Assembly (NCBI GenBank): GCA_030141605.1 | Contig: JAQGDQ010000879.1 | Coordinates: forward strand, 1-64,000 | Source: Tubiluchus corallicola | Taxonomy: Eukaryota; Animalia; Priapulida | Direction of reading: 5' to 3' | Length of the DNA stretch: 64,000 nucleotides | Part shown: one piece after another, positions 1-13,910 of the stretch | Layout of the letters: each line of letters begins with the position of its first letter | How positions within the stretch are numbered: position 1 is the stretch's first letter | Made by a program: the position numbers and the translations under genes | The notes under the pieces: generated by a model | What the model was told of the DNA's origin: nothing | The model's database searches: none | Seen by the model: only the letters and a program-made list of their open reading frames with translations

Positions 1-1899
1 CATTGTGTGTGTATAACCAAGCAGTCGAGAATACCACTATCGTGAAATTAAAAGAAACGAATACACAAGGTCTTTTTCTATATAGTACTATTAACTTAAG
101 TAAAGAAAAGTTTATACTACTTACTATTATCACATAAATTCTTTGGCAGATGGCGACACAAGTACTTTAAACACTTGCGTATAGTGTATCATTGAAAGTT
201 CATAGTACCACTCAGCAAGAAAAAGCACATTTACGAATGCACAGTAAGCACACGAACATTAATTTTTGCATAAATCACTTTCTGTATTGGTGTGAAATTT
301 TTCAGTTTCCGTGAAATGAACTAAAGAATTGCACCGTGTGATATTTTGAGTAGATATCCATCAATCACATCTCATTATCACTAATGCAAGTGAAATAATT
401 TACAGCTTTTAGTTGTTACTTACACATAAGTGTTAATGTAATTTCAGCAGTGGAAGCAATGGAACTGAGAAACATTATAAAATTAGAGGAGAACGAGAGT
501 TTCGAGATGTACAAGTGCGATGGAAAAATTTTTTTAATCTCTGTGCAAAAATTATTTTCAATGATGAAAAAATAATTTTTTATAATGAACAAGCTGGTGC
601 ATAGATTTTGTTGGCAAAAATATGAACAATTTTAGTATCAGGCTAGTTAGCTAGTGTCTAGGTGATCAAAATGGCCCATTCGCGAACATCTGGGTCAGGA
701 AAGATAAATGGGTGATAATGGTGCCGGGTAATGGCATAATGCTGATTAATGATTTAATACGTTCGCGCTATGATTAACAAGCTAAGTTTTGATTGAAATA
801 TACAAGGAAACCCTTCAGATATAAGATGGGAAGTTACAAGGAATAAGTGCAAAAATAAGTTTATGTGAGACTATAATAACGAAATACATTCCAGTCTAGC
901 AGGGGAAGAAAGCACGTGTTAACAGATAAATGAACAAATCAAAATTGGTATATAGAACTCACAAATTTGTTTCTCTGTAATTTTTGCTACAATAAATGGT
1001 CAGTAAAGATTAATTATTAAAAACATTTATTAAGGTTAACATTGAGTATTTCAAGTAGGTCGTGTGTTTATAGGCTGAATAAATAAAAGTTGACAAAAGC
1101 AAATCTGTCTTAAAAATCAAATTTCTTTTCAATGTATTTTCGAAAGCACATAGCAACCAACGAGTTCGAAAATGAATGCAGTACATCTTTCTGAAACAAA
1201 CACTTCGTACATTGCTCAAAGGATTACGCAATAAGTGAAATTAATGAAATGAAATTATCCATATTGTATTTTCTCTCACAGAAGTCGTTCCGATTTTATG
1301 ACAAATCACAAAAATCAGCTCACTTAAATCCATGATTGCCATGCTTTATTATGCTTCTATGAACTACATTTCTCTGCTAAGCTAATATTATTACCTACGT
1401 GAAGAATTACCACTGTTGGTTCAGTGTATTATTTTAGATGTTCATGATTATAATTAGATTCCGGGCCCGCCATACCGTCAACATGATAAGCAAAATCTGC
1501 TGTTAAGTGACGAATCTGGCTTGCAGTGTGTCATACTATATTTAAAAAGGATTTAGTGCTATTCTAGTGAACAGGCTACTCTCGGACCTATCCATATTTT
1601 TGTGCACAGTGACCGATAATGTTTAGTGAATACAACTTTTTGTCAAATAATCAGACAAATCAACTTCACTCAAGAGTTTCTTGGTGAATATGTAACTATA
1701 GCTTCAACTACTAGCAGTTTTATTTAAATAAAATCACATTTCTAAGGAAAAAATATATAAATTTTCTGTTTCACGCAAATTACATACGCGGAATGACAAT
1801 TGCTGTAAAATTGTAAAATCGTTATAAGATAATGAATGTCATTACGATTATGTCTTATGTGCGAAGGTATAGTTAATGAAATATAGTTCAATGCTATTT

Positions 1900-2680
1900 T
1901 ATGTCATGTTACGTTAAGTTACGTTACAATATGTTATGTTATGTTACGTTACGTTACGTTACGTTACGTTACGGTACGGCATGGCATGGTATGGTATGGT
2001 ATGGTATGGTATGGTACGGTACGATATGGTATGTCATGTCATGTCATGTCATGTTATTTTATGTCATGTTATATTATGTTATGCTACATCAGATTGCATT
2101 ATGTTGCACTATGATATGCTACGCTATGCACGTTATGTTATGCCATGTTACGTTACTTTATGTTTTGTTATGTTATTATATGCTATGCTATGCTACGCTA
2201 TGCATGTTATGTTCTGCCATGTTACGTTACGTTATGTTATGTTATTATATGCTATGCTATGCTATGTTATGTTATGCCATGTCAGGTTACGTTACGTTAC
2301 GTTAAGTTACATCACATTACGATATGTTATGTCATGTTATGTTAATTTATGTTATGTTATACTACGCTATGTATATTATGTTCTGCTATGCTATGCTATG
2401 TTACGTTACATTACGTTATGTTATGTTATGTTATGTTATGTTATGTTATGTTATGTTATGTTATGTTATGTTATGTTATGTTATGTTATGTTATGTTATG
2501 TTATGTTATGTTATGTTATGTTATGTTATGTTATGTTATGTTATGTTATGTTATGTTATGTTATGTTATGTTATGTTATGTTATGTTATGTTATGTTATG
2601 TTATGTTATGTTATGTTATGTTATGTTATGTTATGTTATGTTATGTTATGTTATGTTATGTTATGTTACATAACATAACA
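1900..2680. repeat. Pentanucleotide microsatellite: degenerate 5-mer variants (1900-2415) grading into about 50 perfect (TTATG) units (2416-2665)
   Basis: Directly visible. Variants include TTACG, ATGGT, ATGTC and ATGCT. It explains the spurious MLCYV-repeat ORFs in all three + frames. Confidence 0.98.
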
Positions 2681-2723
2681 TATTGTGGCGTAGCATATAA
2701 GGTATGCATTTCAACGCAGTGCA

Positions 2724-2908
2724 AGGTGTTATCGCTATCATCTTTGAATTCAAAATGGCGGATCCAAAATCCGACTCCGCCAGTCAATGCGGAATACTTG
2801 TTAGTATACACATCCCTGTAAAGTTTCATGCCTGTCCATTACGAATTCATGGAGCGTAAGGCGTTTTTCAAAGGTCATCAACTATTAAGAACAACAACAT
2901 CCAGATGA
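2724..2908 (-). mobile_element. Fragment of a dispersed repeat family (possibly Helentron/DINE-like non-autonomous element)
   Basis: TGTTATCGCTATCATCTTTGAATTCAAAATGGCGGAT closely matches the reverse complement of ATCCGCCATTTTGAGTTCAAGATGACGGCGATAACA at about 13175-13210. The CAACTATTAAGAACAACAAC segment matches about 46375-46395 in reverse. Family assignment is inference. Confidence 0.65.
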
Positions 2909-3664
2909 GCAGCGACTTTGGTAAGCCTCAACCAAAAATGTTCATCCATTGTTGCAATCAACTTCTACGTCTAGTAATGGTTAATTATGCTCTCAACGGC
3001 TTTAAATGTAAAATTTTATGCTATAAAACTCAAGCATGAAATATTTCTTTTATTACACAATGATTACAATATAACTGTCACATGTCACTCTGTACAATTT
3101 AACAAAATTGTTTATTTTATTCGACAATAATGCCACAATGTAAAAGTGATACCATGTCAAGGTAGGTGTAATTTATGTGCGCTGTAATTTATGTCCAAGG
3201 CTTCAGGCTCTACTATCAGTAACATCTCGTCAGAGTTGTATTCGCAGTAATTGGTTAGGTAAGTACCCCTTTTGATGTACAGCACATCGACTTCATATAG
3301 GCGACAATCAGTTTTTCATCGCGCAGTTTTCGAGACAGCTAATGGGAAAAAATAATGAAACAGTGGGGTAGTTGAACTTGGCGTGAGTGCATAAAAGGTA
3401 TAGAAATCCAGTGTATCATGGCGCCCAAAATTTGTTTCTTCGTTGTGAATGGGATGGACTGACCGCGACCAAATCTATATTCCATATCAAATTATAACTA
3501 GTATTAAAACGTTATCAGAAATCATGTAGACAAATGTACAGATTTCATAAAAATGTGCTCAATGGTTTTTAACATTGCACTTTTAATTATTCTTCACGGA
3601 ATTTTGTAAAGTTTTTCGTTTTTTGTTTGCTCCGAAATTACTCTAAGACATTTTGTACAATGAA

Positions 3665-3760
3665 TGTATCTCAGACAGTGGCTACTAACTATTCTAAAAC
3701 ATTTTGCACTGCCAAGCTGATGTGTCTCGGACAGTGGCTACTAATTCTTTAGTAAAGGAT
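3665..3760. repeat. Short diverged tandem duplication (about 58-bp period)
   Basis: TGTATCTCAGACAGTGGCTACTAA and TGTGTCTCGGACAGTGGCTACTAA occur as near-identical copies. Confidence 0.8.
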
Positions 3761-6700
3761 TTCATACTTCTCTAGGAACACGTGCAAGTAGATATTTTTT
3801 CGACCGTAACGCGTGAGACCCAAAAGAAAAGTTTCATGAAATGTTGATGGGCTTACTACACACGTAAAGTTACCCACGAACAATTCAGTCCACATAATTG
3901 CCTAGGTATGTGAAGCTTGCAAACTAGTAAAAATTCAAAGCGAACTTGGAAAAGTATTTTGGACATTAAAAAACGATGAAATCAAGAAAAAGAATGTTTT
4001 CCTTCAACTATAATGTGAAACATCGGACTCGAATAAATGTAATGTCGGTTTTTGTTAATGTACAGAGTGTGTTTGGAGACAAATGCTATATTATTGCGCA
4101 CAAGCAAAGGGTTACAGCAGAAGACCTCACTACATGTTAACGTAAAAATTGTATGCATTCGGTTGACACTAATGCGCGTAAATAATTTTCTACCTACGCG
4201 CACTTATTTTAGTCTTCTTTTGAGAAATCCGCGACATTTTTAAATCAAAAATGATGCTTCTTTTAACGTTTTGAAGGCAGCTACTGAGTTGCACGAAACT
4301 AGCGGCATTCACATAAGAAGCATATATTCGCTTGACGACAAACAGGAAAGAGAAGTTCTTGCCCTAGCATCAAAGGTGCATTAAGCACATATAGTAATTC
4401 TACTGAAACTCAAGTTCGCGTAAGATTTTTAATAATTAGAATTGTGGTTCTCCAGTCCGCAAACTGAACTGAAAAATTATATTCATCACTTACATTACAT
4501 GTATCATTACATTCATACGTACTCACTCGTATGTAGTTCAAGTAAATCGGTGGGACGCATAGCGTCACTGATCTAGGAGAACCTATAATCATGTTGATTG
4601 CTTTTCATCATTATGCTAGGCTTTCAATTTTCCATTTTCTCATTCATATTAACTTGCAAACCCAGAGGTCTACAGTCACGAAACTTACGGGATAGAATCC
4701 TAGGGTAGGGGCTTGTAAGTGGTTGAGATACGGAGACCTCTGTCGGAAACTCGACATCGTTCAGAGTTTTATTGCCATTCAACTCCTCTTTACAACTTGA
4801 ATTAAATTCAAAATTTAGAGGTACTGTGCCGTAGATGGGTACCTAGAATTAAATAAAAACAGTTTAAAGCCCCGAGATGAGATACACCTGGAGTAGGGGC
4901 TCAGATAATGGTGTCGGTAAAAAAACCTACGATTGTTGAAAGGTCTGAGATAGTAAATGCTTAAGATGTGAAACGTCTCTTTCATTCAAGTCGTAACATT
5001 ACATAACTCCAAAACAATAGTGAACAGAGTAACGAAATTTCAAACTTCCTGATTTGCACCAGAAGATTAAAGGACATTTTAAAGTGCCTGAGATATGAAG
5101 CTAGGTGTAAACACGGTCACGGATGCTCCTTATGCACGTTATGCTCGCGGATTTGGATTTGAATTCATTCAGTCTTGTATAAACTGTAGGAAGTGCAGAT
5201 TCTGCTCTGTTCATTGAAGATTAATGTGAAATGGCTGATCTCATATTATGACAACTTATAATTTACTTTATATTATAAACTTATGTGTTATATTTTAAAT
5301 GGAACCATAGTTTCCGTGTAAACAAGAAGAGTGATCAATTAAAAAACCTTTTCAAGATGGGCGGACGCTAACTTGTATGACCAATGTTCTTCTGCGTGAA
5401 TAAACAGTTTGAATAAACTGTTTCCGTGTAAGTAAACTAGTCTGTATTACTAGGCCAGCGTTGTCTAAACGTGTTAATGTAAAGATATCTTAATGCGAAG
5501 AACGAATTTGTGGTGATAAACCACCTCAGTTTGAAAAATGCTTCGATAACTGAAATTTTTTCTACTACATTGCACATGTATTTATATGCTTAACTCTTTA
5601 CTAGTACTATAGTGGCGTCTATAATACGTCAACTCCTCTAGATTCAATTAATGTGACTCACTTTTAAGCTAACCTAGGCTTAAGTTTTTAACAGCAGTGG
5701 CAACAAACTTTTGGATGTTAATGCTTTGCCGTATTATGGAAAAGACTGATATCAGACAAATATAGGTACCCAATTAACCATACAAATTAATTAGTTAAAT
5801 TGGCACGTTAACTAATCTTGTAGCGGCAGCAACAGTTCACAGTTAATATTACTGACTTGCATTGCTAAACAGGTAGTTCAAATGGCTTATTGGGTAGAAC
5901 ATTATACACAGTTTTCTCACTTATTTTTTTTAATTGAAAGGTTTGTTTTTGGGGTAATGATTTTTCATGAATGTATATTCCTATTCATTTGGGGTAAATT
6001 ATGCAGGGAAAATATTACATATAATTTTTGAACATTTTTGCTGGTATTGCTCTTTTGTGCTATGAGTTTGTCATTGATACTAGTTAGGCATTTGTTTCCT
6101 GTCTTTTAAACTTGTGTGCTTTTGTTACATTGTTTTATGTCAAATATTTCGAAGAGATTTAGCATGCTGCAATACTATTCTTTGTTTCTTTAATATTAAA
6201 CTATTTGGTTTGCACACTACGAAGCATATGTGACAAAGTATTATACAGCTGTGTTAGGCCATTATGATGCCACGATCGAATAAATTTTTTGCAGACCAGA
6301 ATGTTTCAACTACTTCTTACTTAGAGAAGACAGTCTGACGTCACCACGATTAACGAAGGAGCTGAATTAGAACAATAAAACCTACCCAAAACTGTGCAGT
6401 TTATTAAAAAAATTCAGCTGATCGAAACTTCCCGAAAAAGGCCGACCGAATCAGCTGACCGAAAAAGTCCGAGCCTCAGAAGAAATTTTGGCAAGGTGTC
6501 TTCATGACTACAGAGTACTTCAGGAAGGAGTTTACTGATTGCAGTATGGCTTCAATCTTTTTCTGTGCCACTTTGGAAAGGACTAAGCCTTTTGAAGCGC
6601 TTGTTGAAAGCTATCTAATCAATGATCTCGTTTGTCGAGCTAATCGCACACGCGTCATTTCCTCTTCTTTTACGGCCTCTTTTAATGGGGTTTTCTGCTT

Positions 6701-7632
6701 GCGAAAATCATAATTATCTACAGCCTGCTCATCTTGCCTTTAATGATGAAAGAATTGCTTTTATCAAATGCTGCTGTTAAAACTGTTAAGGTAGATTGCT
6801 CAGCGATTTCCCTAAGGAATGCTCGCAGATATTGCAGGATTACGTTGTAAGACTTTGAGACTTTCAATATGCAGTTATGACATAGAAAAGATTGATTAAC
6901 AATCAGCATATTAGCATATTGCCGCATTGATTCTTGTAACAAGACTAACAGTACATTTAATTATCTGTACCGTGCACGATAATATAAGCAAAAACAATTA
7001 TGCTATACACGCACTTAACTTCTTTGATCTTTAATTTTGTTAAAAACTAATCAAATCGCTAAGATGTAAGTTCTGTAAACTGAGCGCAAATTCATTGCTT
7101 AAGTAAGCTTCAATACTACCGCTTGGTTTAACTTTGCAAAAACTGGAAGATAATAATTACTATATCCACTTGAAGCTTGATTACTTAATGTTCGCAGTCT
7201 AAGCGGATTTTCACTGTCTCGATTTTTTCGATCCATTAGGAAAAACGTTTCACTGGAAGAATGGGCCAGCAGGTCTTTGTTCTTTGCCTTTTTAGACTTT
7301 CTATATTTATTTTTTAAAGCTGTTTAATTTGACAACAAATATTAAGGCATCTAGTTAAATAATAATGCGCTTTTTTAAGCGGAACTTTTAACTTAAAATT
7401 TAAAAACTGCCCATCTCTCTTTTAGAGAATGTATTTAAATATGTTAGTAGATTAGGTTAGTTAGATTGCCATTTTGTTTCGATAGCTACGTAATATACGA
7501 AAAATACATACAAATATAATAGTTACAGATAATAAAGGGTGACAGTAAAGTCAGTAAAATGTACTTCATCTTTTTCAAACATTCCAGTCAATAAGCCATA
7601 ATCGTATACATAACTCTATTTAAATCGAGTTT

Positions 7633-7698
7633 ATTCGGAATGAAGATACCAACTTTCGCATTTTATTTTATGCGAAAGTTGGTATATTCATTCCGAAT
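7633..7698. other. Near-perfect inverted repeat (29-bp arms, 1 mismatch, 8-nt loop)
   Basis: ATTCGGAATGAAGATACCAACTTTCGCAT-tttatttt-ATGCGAAAGTTGGTATATTCATTCCGAAT. Confidence 0.95.
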
Positions 7699-9863
7699 TC
7701 TTTAAAAAATATCGGATCAGAATAAATAATAATATCAAAGGGACGATGTAAAACATTGTCACTAAATACGTTTACTTCCGGAACATGAACACAGCGCTTC
7801 GGCAGCTTCCGCCATTGTTGGGGACGGTTAAATCCAAATTCTGGAAATAAATGCATTCAATGATTTTGCATGTATGCATGATGATAATTCTTTGTTTCGT
7901 AAATATAAATGGTATATACGAACGAGACCTGTTGTTACAGAAATATTAATTGAAATATATGTAAATACTTTACTATAACTAATATCTGGATCGCCATTTT
8001 GTGTTTAGTATGTGAGCTTCAAAAGCAGTGTATATACAAAACCACTCAATAGTTACCTACACAGAAAATTCACCGTGTACATCCACGTTATATGATCAAC
8101 TAATATTGAGGTAATTTGATCATACTTTACTTTATACAATTAGAATTATTGCTGACTAGCAGAGTTAGTTAACCGTCTAACAAAATAATTTAAATATAGT
8201 TACACTATTTACAAATTTGTCGATCTTTATTTACAAAAAATGGACTTTTGGACATAATTTAGTTTCCTTAAAGCAAAAATTTCTAACAAAAGTGATCATG
8301 CAATAAATTTGTGAAAACTTGAATGGTTTTCAAATTACCTCTTTGGTACTGTTGTTTATTCTGAGATTTAGATTTCAATCAACCGTTTTGTTACTGATAT
8401 ATCATAATAGGAAATATATCATATATATATTTCATATATAATGATATCATAATATCAAATTCAAAATAGGAATTAGAGTTCAAAGTATCTGTTTCTGCAT
8501 CAGGTTAAGCAACTGCATGTATAACTTGCTGGCATTCTACTTTGCTGGTTGATATGAAGAAATTAGATATGAGCTTGAGCCCCAGATGAGGTGCGGAGTG
8601 AAGTCTTAGTCCTAGAGAAGTAGATTTTTTATGTTTGCACGCAATACTGCACTTGTGCATATAACATTAGATAGGACTACTTAAATTATTATGCTGTAAT
8701 AATTACTATAGCTCCATAGGCCTGTTTGTCTTTAATTGACAGGCCTTTTTAGATAAAAATTCATTTCCTGCTACAGATTAATGCAATCACTGTAATCATT
8801 TTTCCTTGCTGCTCATTATAAGCTCAGCCCGAGGTTAGAAGCAAAACTGCATATTATTCATTCACCCTCATAAAAGATAACAAAACAGGGTAAATATATC
8901 TTTTGTACCTTCGGGCAATTCTTGCGCAAACTGAATGCGTGCGTACAATAAAGGCCTGGGAAGCTAATTCAGTGTAGACTTCGTACAATTTGATCTCAGT
9001 TTATAAAATGTCAAAATTGCATTACAGACTGACGGCAATAACTGTCATCTACTGTTCAGCAGTCTCTGCCAGTACACTCCATCGTTTCATCGTTTCCAAA
9101 CAAGAACTGACAGAAAATTATCACTTTGATTGCATTTAGCGCGAGCGAGCGAACCAGGTGATAAGCAGGGTTATAACATTAACCGCGGCCGTATCTCCTT
9201 TAATTTAAGATTTTTCTCTGAGCAGCAACGACTATCAGAGAACCTACAAATCAATAGATTTATAGACCCGCTGCGAAGCTTTTCTTTGCTGGTTTTAAAT
9301 TAAATGCGATTATTTTTAAGTTACTAATTGGCAGACAGCGTGATGTCAATTAACCACCTGCTTTGTATGCGATTCGCGTGTTAGAAGATAATACAGAGCA
9401 GCTAAAAATTTAAAGGACACGTTAAAAACTTTGTTTTCCGTTATTCCACCTATACAATGGGGCGACAAAGAAGTAACGTATTACGGATGCCGCATAGGTA
9501 AATGGCATTTCCTACGTACTGCTGTGTCAGTTGCAGATGCTGTACACTTTTTCCCTGGTTTGTAAGCTATGAAAGGATTTTGTAGGCAGCGCTCGGAACA
9601 ACTGTTGCTGACAGTAATCCACTAAGATGATACACACAGTAATCTTTCTCGACGTCATCGTTCGTGATGGAGCGGGCATGCTTTGCATACTGAGAACTAG
9701 CATGCTGCAGTTTCACGTTTCGCAAGCCAAGATTCAGTACTTGACATAACTGCTTGTGGCGAGACAGGAATCTAGTAGCCTTAATCCTTTAAGGTGAGCT
9801 CCGAATTGTCTTATAACCATGTTCACATGATTATACATTTTTTGTTATATTTTAAATAGCCGA

Positions 9864-10110
9864 ATGGCAAGCGAAACTGTCCTGGAGCAGTGTTCCAGGC
9901 GGCCACTCATGCATTTACTGACGGGACTCCTGGTTGCTTAACTTTAGTCGTATGGCACGTGAAACCGCCTAGAAACAGTGTTCCAGACGGCCGCTCATAC
10001 ATTTACTGACGGGACTCGGGGTTGCTTAACTTTAGTCGTATGGCACGTGAACCCGCCTAGAAGCAGTGTTCCAGGCGGGCCACTCATGCGTTTACTGACG
10101 GGACTCGCTG
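9864..10110 (+). repeat. Tandem repeat, about 88-bp unit, about 2.8 copies
   Basis: CAGTGTTCCAG recurs at 9888, 9976 and 10064, each followed by ...TTTACTGACGGGACTC. Confidence 0.93.
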
Positions 10111-10495
10111 TTGCGTTGATCACTAAATATTCACCGCGACTAATCAATCACATTGCTTATTATTTAAAAGAGAATCAACCAACTAATGCATCAACCAACC
10201 AAGCAACCAACTATCGAACAAACTAACCAGCTAATCAAGAAACCAAAAATTGGCAAAAGAAGCAAATAAACAAACAAACAATGAGTGTATGAACTGACAA
10301 AAAACATTGAGAACAAGTGAAGCAGGTAGGACTGAAAGAACGCATCGCTGTACAAACTGTATTTTGTACAGTACAATTTGTGTACATTAATTGCAATAAA
10401 GAATAATATTATATTATTATTATATCAACGCTCGAATGCACTTTCAAACGAAATAGTTCCAAAAAAGAAAAGATTTGATCTTGCGATAACATGTA
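10064..10495 (+). mobile_element. Dispersed repeat copy homologous to 12793-13025
   Basis: Both copies share, in the same order, GTGTTCCAGGCGG..CTCATGC, GACGGGACTCGC, a CAAC-rich tract, AAATTGGCAAAAGAAGCAA and AAAGAAAAGA.TTGA..(C/T)TGCGATAACAT. Confidence 0.8.
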
Positions 10496-12384
10496 TAAAA
10501 GAAAGAGACAAAAAACTGAAGGTGATATCAACAAAAACATTGACACTCATTTGTCCTTCGTAGTTCGCTCAACGTATCATATGTGCCAGGGGCTTCTAAT
10601 AACATTGTCAAGAACCTAGTTAAATCACGGACTAGTAGACATTTCTGTGAAGAAAACAAGAAATAAATGGATTAATTCAAGGTGAACATACAGAGCGAGT
10701 TTCACAATTAGCTGAACCCTGATACTACGTAATCATTTGTGGCCGCACGGTGAGAATAATTAGTTTTCTGTGCAAAGAATAAATGACTAATTATTCTGCT
10801 ACATAAACTATGTTTGGGAAAACTACAAGATTTGAAGTTACTTTGTTGTTACAGCTGTTTTGTATACTTTTTAGCGTTAACTAGCTGTAACAGTTACCCA
10901 AAAGGCCCAATAAATTCCCTTTGGGATAACCTAAATTACTGTATATTACGTTCACAAATAGTTACCCACTAGACCATGAGTTCTATTAAGGAACCAAGTC
11001 TTTCAATTGATATGCACTGCGACATTTTCCAGATTAACCTTATCTCATTATCTCGGAATTATAATCCGTTACTATTACTATTCGGAGCGAATATCTGTCA
11101 AGACTATAGAATAGAATGATTTGTATAATAATTGTCACTGAACCGTTTTATTTCTGTGGAAAGCAAAGTGGTTTTCCTGTATTGGGTCACATTTATTATA
11201 CTATCAATGGTACAAAATGTTATTCATTTTGTAAGCTGACTGAGCTAGCAGGGCAACTAATTAGTGATATATTAATAAGCAGAGGTTATATGGGAATTGT
11301 TACAGATTTACTATTCTTTGGAAAATTTATAAGATGGAAACAGGTTGGTTTTCCATGGGCATAGGTTGAGACGGGAACCACCCAAAAAACGTGCAAATAA
11401 AATTTAACACTTAACTTAAAAATTCCATTACCATTCATCAATACTGAATTTAACCAACATTAAACTAACAATGGCGACTATTGCGTTAAATGACGTAAGA
11501 AAAGACAAAACAAGTTGATGCCGTTTTAACCATTTTCCGCGCTTTAATTTAAAAGGATCGTTAATTTTTCATCGTGGCCACTTTTTGAATTGTTTTAGCT
11601 TATGAATGTCGCGGGAATCAGAATTCCTGTGACAATTAGTCCTGACTGCAGTTCAGTTCGTGTTTTCCCAATTTTTCTTGTAGTCATTCTAAGATGCTCA
11701 TAAATTTTTCATACTCGCACATGTCATACACATAGAAACACTCAGCGGACATACGCATAAGCTGGTTTTAATGGGTTGGCATTCATTGAATATTGTAAGG
11801 AGAGATTTTGCTGCAAATGCTTATGAGACGACTGAAAGGAATTGCTGAAAGCAAAAGACGTTGTATTTATCATACGTAGATACATGGCCTCTATAAGTGT
11901 CCACAACGCACTAGGGAATAAGAAACGTTTTAACATATGTCATTTGACTTTAGTGGGCCTAGAGTATTTTCCACAGTGAAAACTCAAAATGATACTAAGC
12001 ATATGATCTTTTTAAGAAAAAATGTGTTATTTGTTTTTCCCTTCTTTATGTGTTTGTGATAAATTCCCCCATTATAAGGTTTAACATCTTACCACGTCAT
12101 ATTGCTACTCAATACGACAGGAAATATTCCTTTGATGTAAAAAACTGAATTTGTTTATAAGCCTCGGTTAAGACTTCTATATTTCTGTATTATTAAAGTG
12201 CAAGGGGTGAGGTACCGAACCAATAAAATTTGTGTACTGTACAGAAAAACCTCTTATGCGTTAATTATTAGCAGATCTTATATTGAGATACAGCAAAAAC
12301 ATGGCAACCGCAACAACAACAAATTTGAAAAAATATCGTGCATTTCATATTTATGTTGAATAATTGAATATGCCTTTTGCTCAA

Positions 12385-12635
12385 ATAAAATCAGCTTTCA
12401 CACAATTGAAACTACTGTTTTTTTGAAAAATTGATTTTTCAGAAACAATTTCGTGTTTTGCACGGTTTATTTTAAAAATTGTATTTAATTTTTGCACAAT
12501 CATTGTTAGCTTTTGTACATGTGACTTTACTTTTGCACCCATAATTTCACGTTTGCACAATCGAGATCACCCTTTGTACATTTGAAGTTACCGTTTGCGC
12601 ATTTAAAATGCTTTGTGCACAATTACTTTGCAGGG
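12385..12635 (+). repeat. Highly degenerate short-period repeat with a TTTGCAC/TTTGTAC core
   Basis: About nine recurrences of TTTG(C/T)AC-like cores, mostly about 22 bp apart. Confidence 0.6.
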
Positions 12636-12757
12636 AAAAAGTCTGTGTTAGTTTACTGCATAGGTTATTCGTTTTGAAGCTGAACACAATCAAGAAATAA
12701 CATATTCATTCATCAAAACACATCTCTTACTTTTTATCGATTTGTTTTTCCCAAAAG

Positions 12758-13450
12758 GGACTCGACCCAAATCGCTACTCTTTAGGATGTTGTGTTCCAG
12801 GCGGCTCATGCATTTACTAGTAGACGGGACTCGCCGTTACGTTGAACAGTAAATACTTACCTCGTGAAATCAATCATTTAAAAGGGAATCAACCAACCAA
12901 TCCACCAATCTATCAACAAACCAACCACTCAACCGACCGACTATCAAACAAACAAACCGAAAATTGGCAAAAGAAGCAAGTAAATAAACAAAAAAAGAAA
13001 AGACTTGAACCTGCGATAACATTTACAGGAAACTCGACCCAATCGCCATTCTTCAGGATGTTGTTTGGGGATAACCTTTTAGAAAAAAAACCCAAGGTTC
13101 TGTGAATTCGTCATGAAATTTTGCAAGAATCTGCTAGAGAGAGCTCCGTATCGATTGTCAAAGTCAGATTTTCCATCCGCCATTTTGAGTTCAAGATGAC
13201 GGCGATAACATCATTTTTAAAAAAGCCTGAGGCTCTGCAGTGAGTGAACGTGAAACCTTATATTCATATATTAGAAGGAATTTCGTATCGACTGAAGTTC
13301 GATTGTTCAAAACTTGAGGATGCACCTAGCCTCAACAGACCGTCATGAAACCATTCAGAAATATTCCTAGAATGAATTCTACGTCGATTGACAAAATCAG
13401 ATTTTCGATTTGCCATCTTATATTCAAGATGACGGCATTGACGTCATTTC
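12758..13450 (+). mobile_element. Composite non-autonomous repeat (Helentron/DINE-like), with internally duplicated modules
   Basis: The head ACTCGACCCAA(A)TCGC..(T)TCTT.AGGATGTTGT occurs at about 12760 and about 13030. The module CATGAAA...TCGATTG.CAAA.TCAGATTTTC...TTCAAGATGACGGC occurs at about 13112-13203 and about 13344-13436. Homologous to 2724-2908 and 10064-10495. Confidence 0.65.
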
Positions 13451-13910
13451 TGATCCACGATCTGGCTCGGTTTTGCTGCACTATTTATTTGTTGTTCATT
13501 CTTGTCTTTTGTGTTTCTTTTTATCCTCGTTATCAGCACTTAATATTTATGCCTACATTACCGGCTAGCTCTGTCGATTTCGATAATGCTATTTGCCGAA
13601 AAGGTCCATTGTGTAGAATGTTTTCACGTAAAAGACCTGCTGTGTAAAAAGCATGTGACAATTAATTATTTTCTCTCTGCGGATTTAACGCGGTTCCCTG
13701 AAGAACCAACTAAGCACTTCTCTTAGTACTGGGGGCGGTACACGGTAATTATTAGCTAGGCCATGAGAGCCTTATAAATATGGTCCAAAAAGCTGTGACG
13801 CATTAATTACTTACGCAGCTTTAACGCGCGTCCAGTAAAAGCACTCATAAAAAGGTTCATGCATCAGGAAGCAAGACACTAAAACAGCACACCGAGATGA
13901 CTTTAAACTT

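Noticed and set aside
1901-2821. Five overlapping MLCYV-repeat ORFs
   Set aside because: Translation artefacts of the pentanucleotide microsatellite.
3191-3264. ATG frame ending near AG|GTAAGT at 3259
   Set aside because: An in-frame TAA precedes the donor, so it cannot be a phase-2 coding first exon.
4715-4980. Possible decayed tRNA-derived SINE (GTGGTTGAG..., GTAGATGGGTACC)
   Set aside because: Resemblance to SINE core motifs is too short and degenerate to support without a search.
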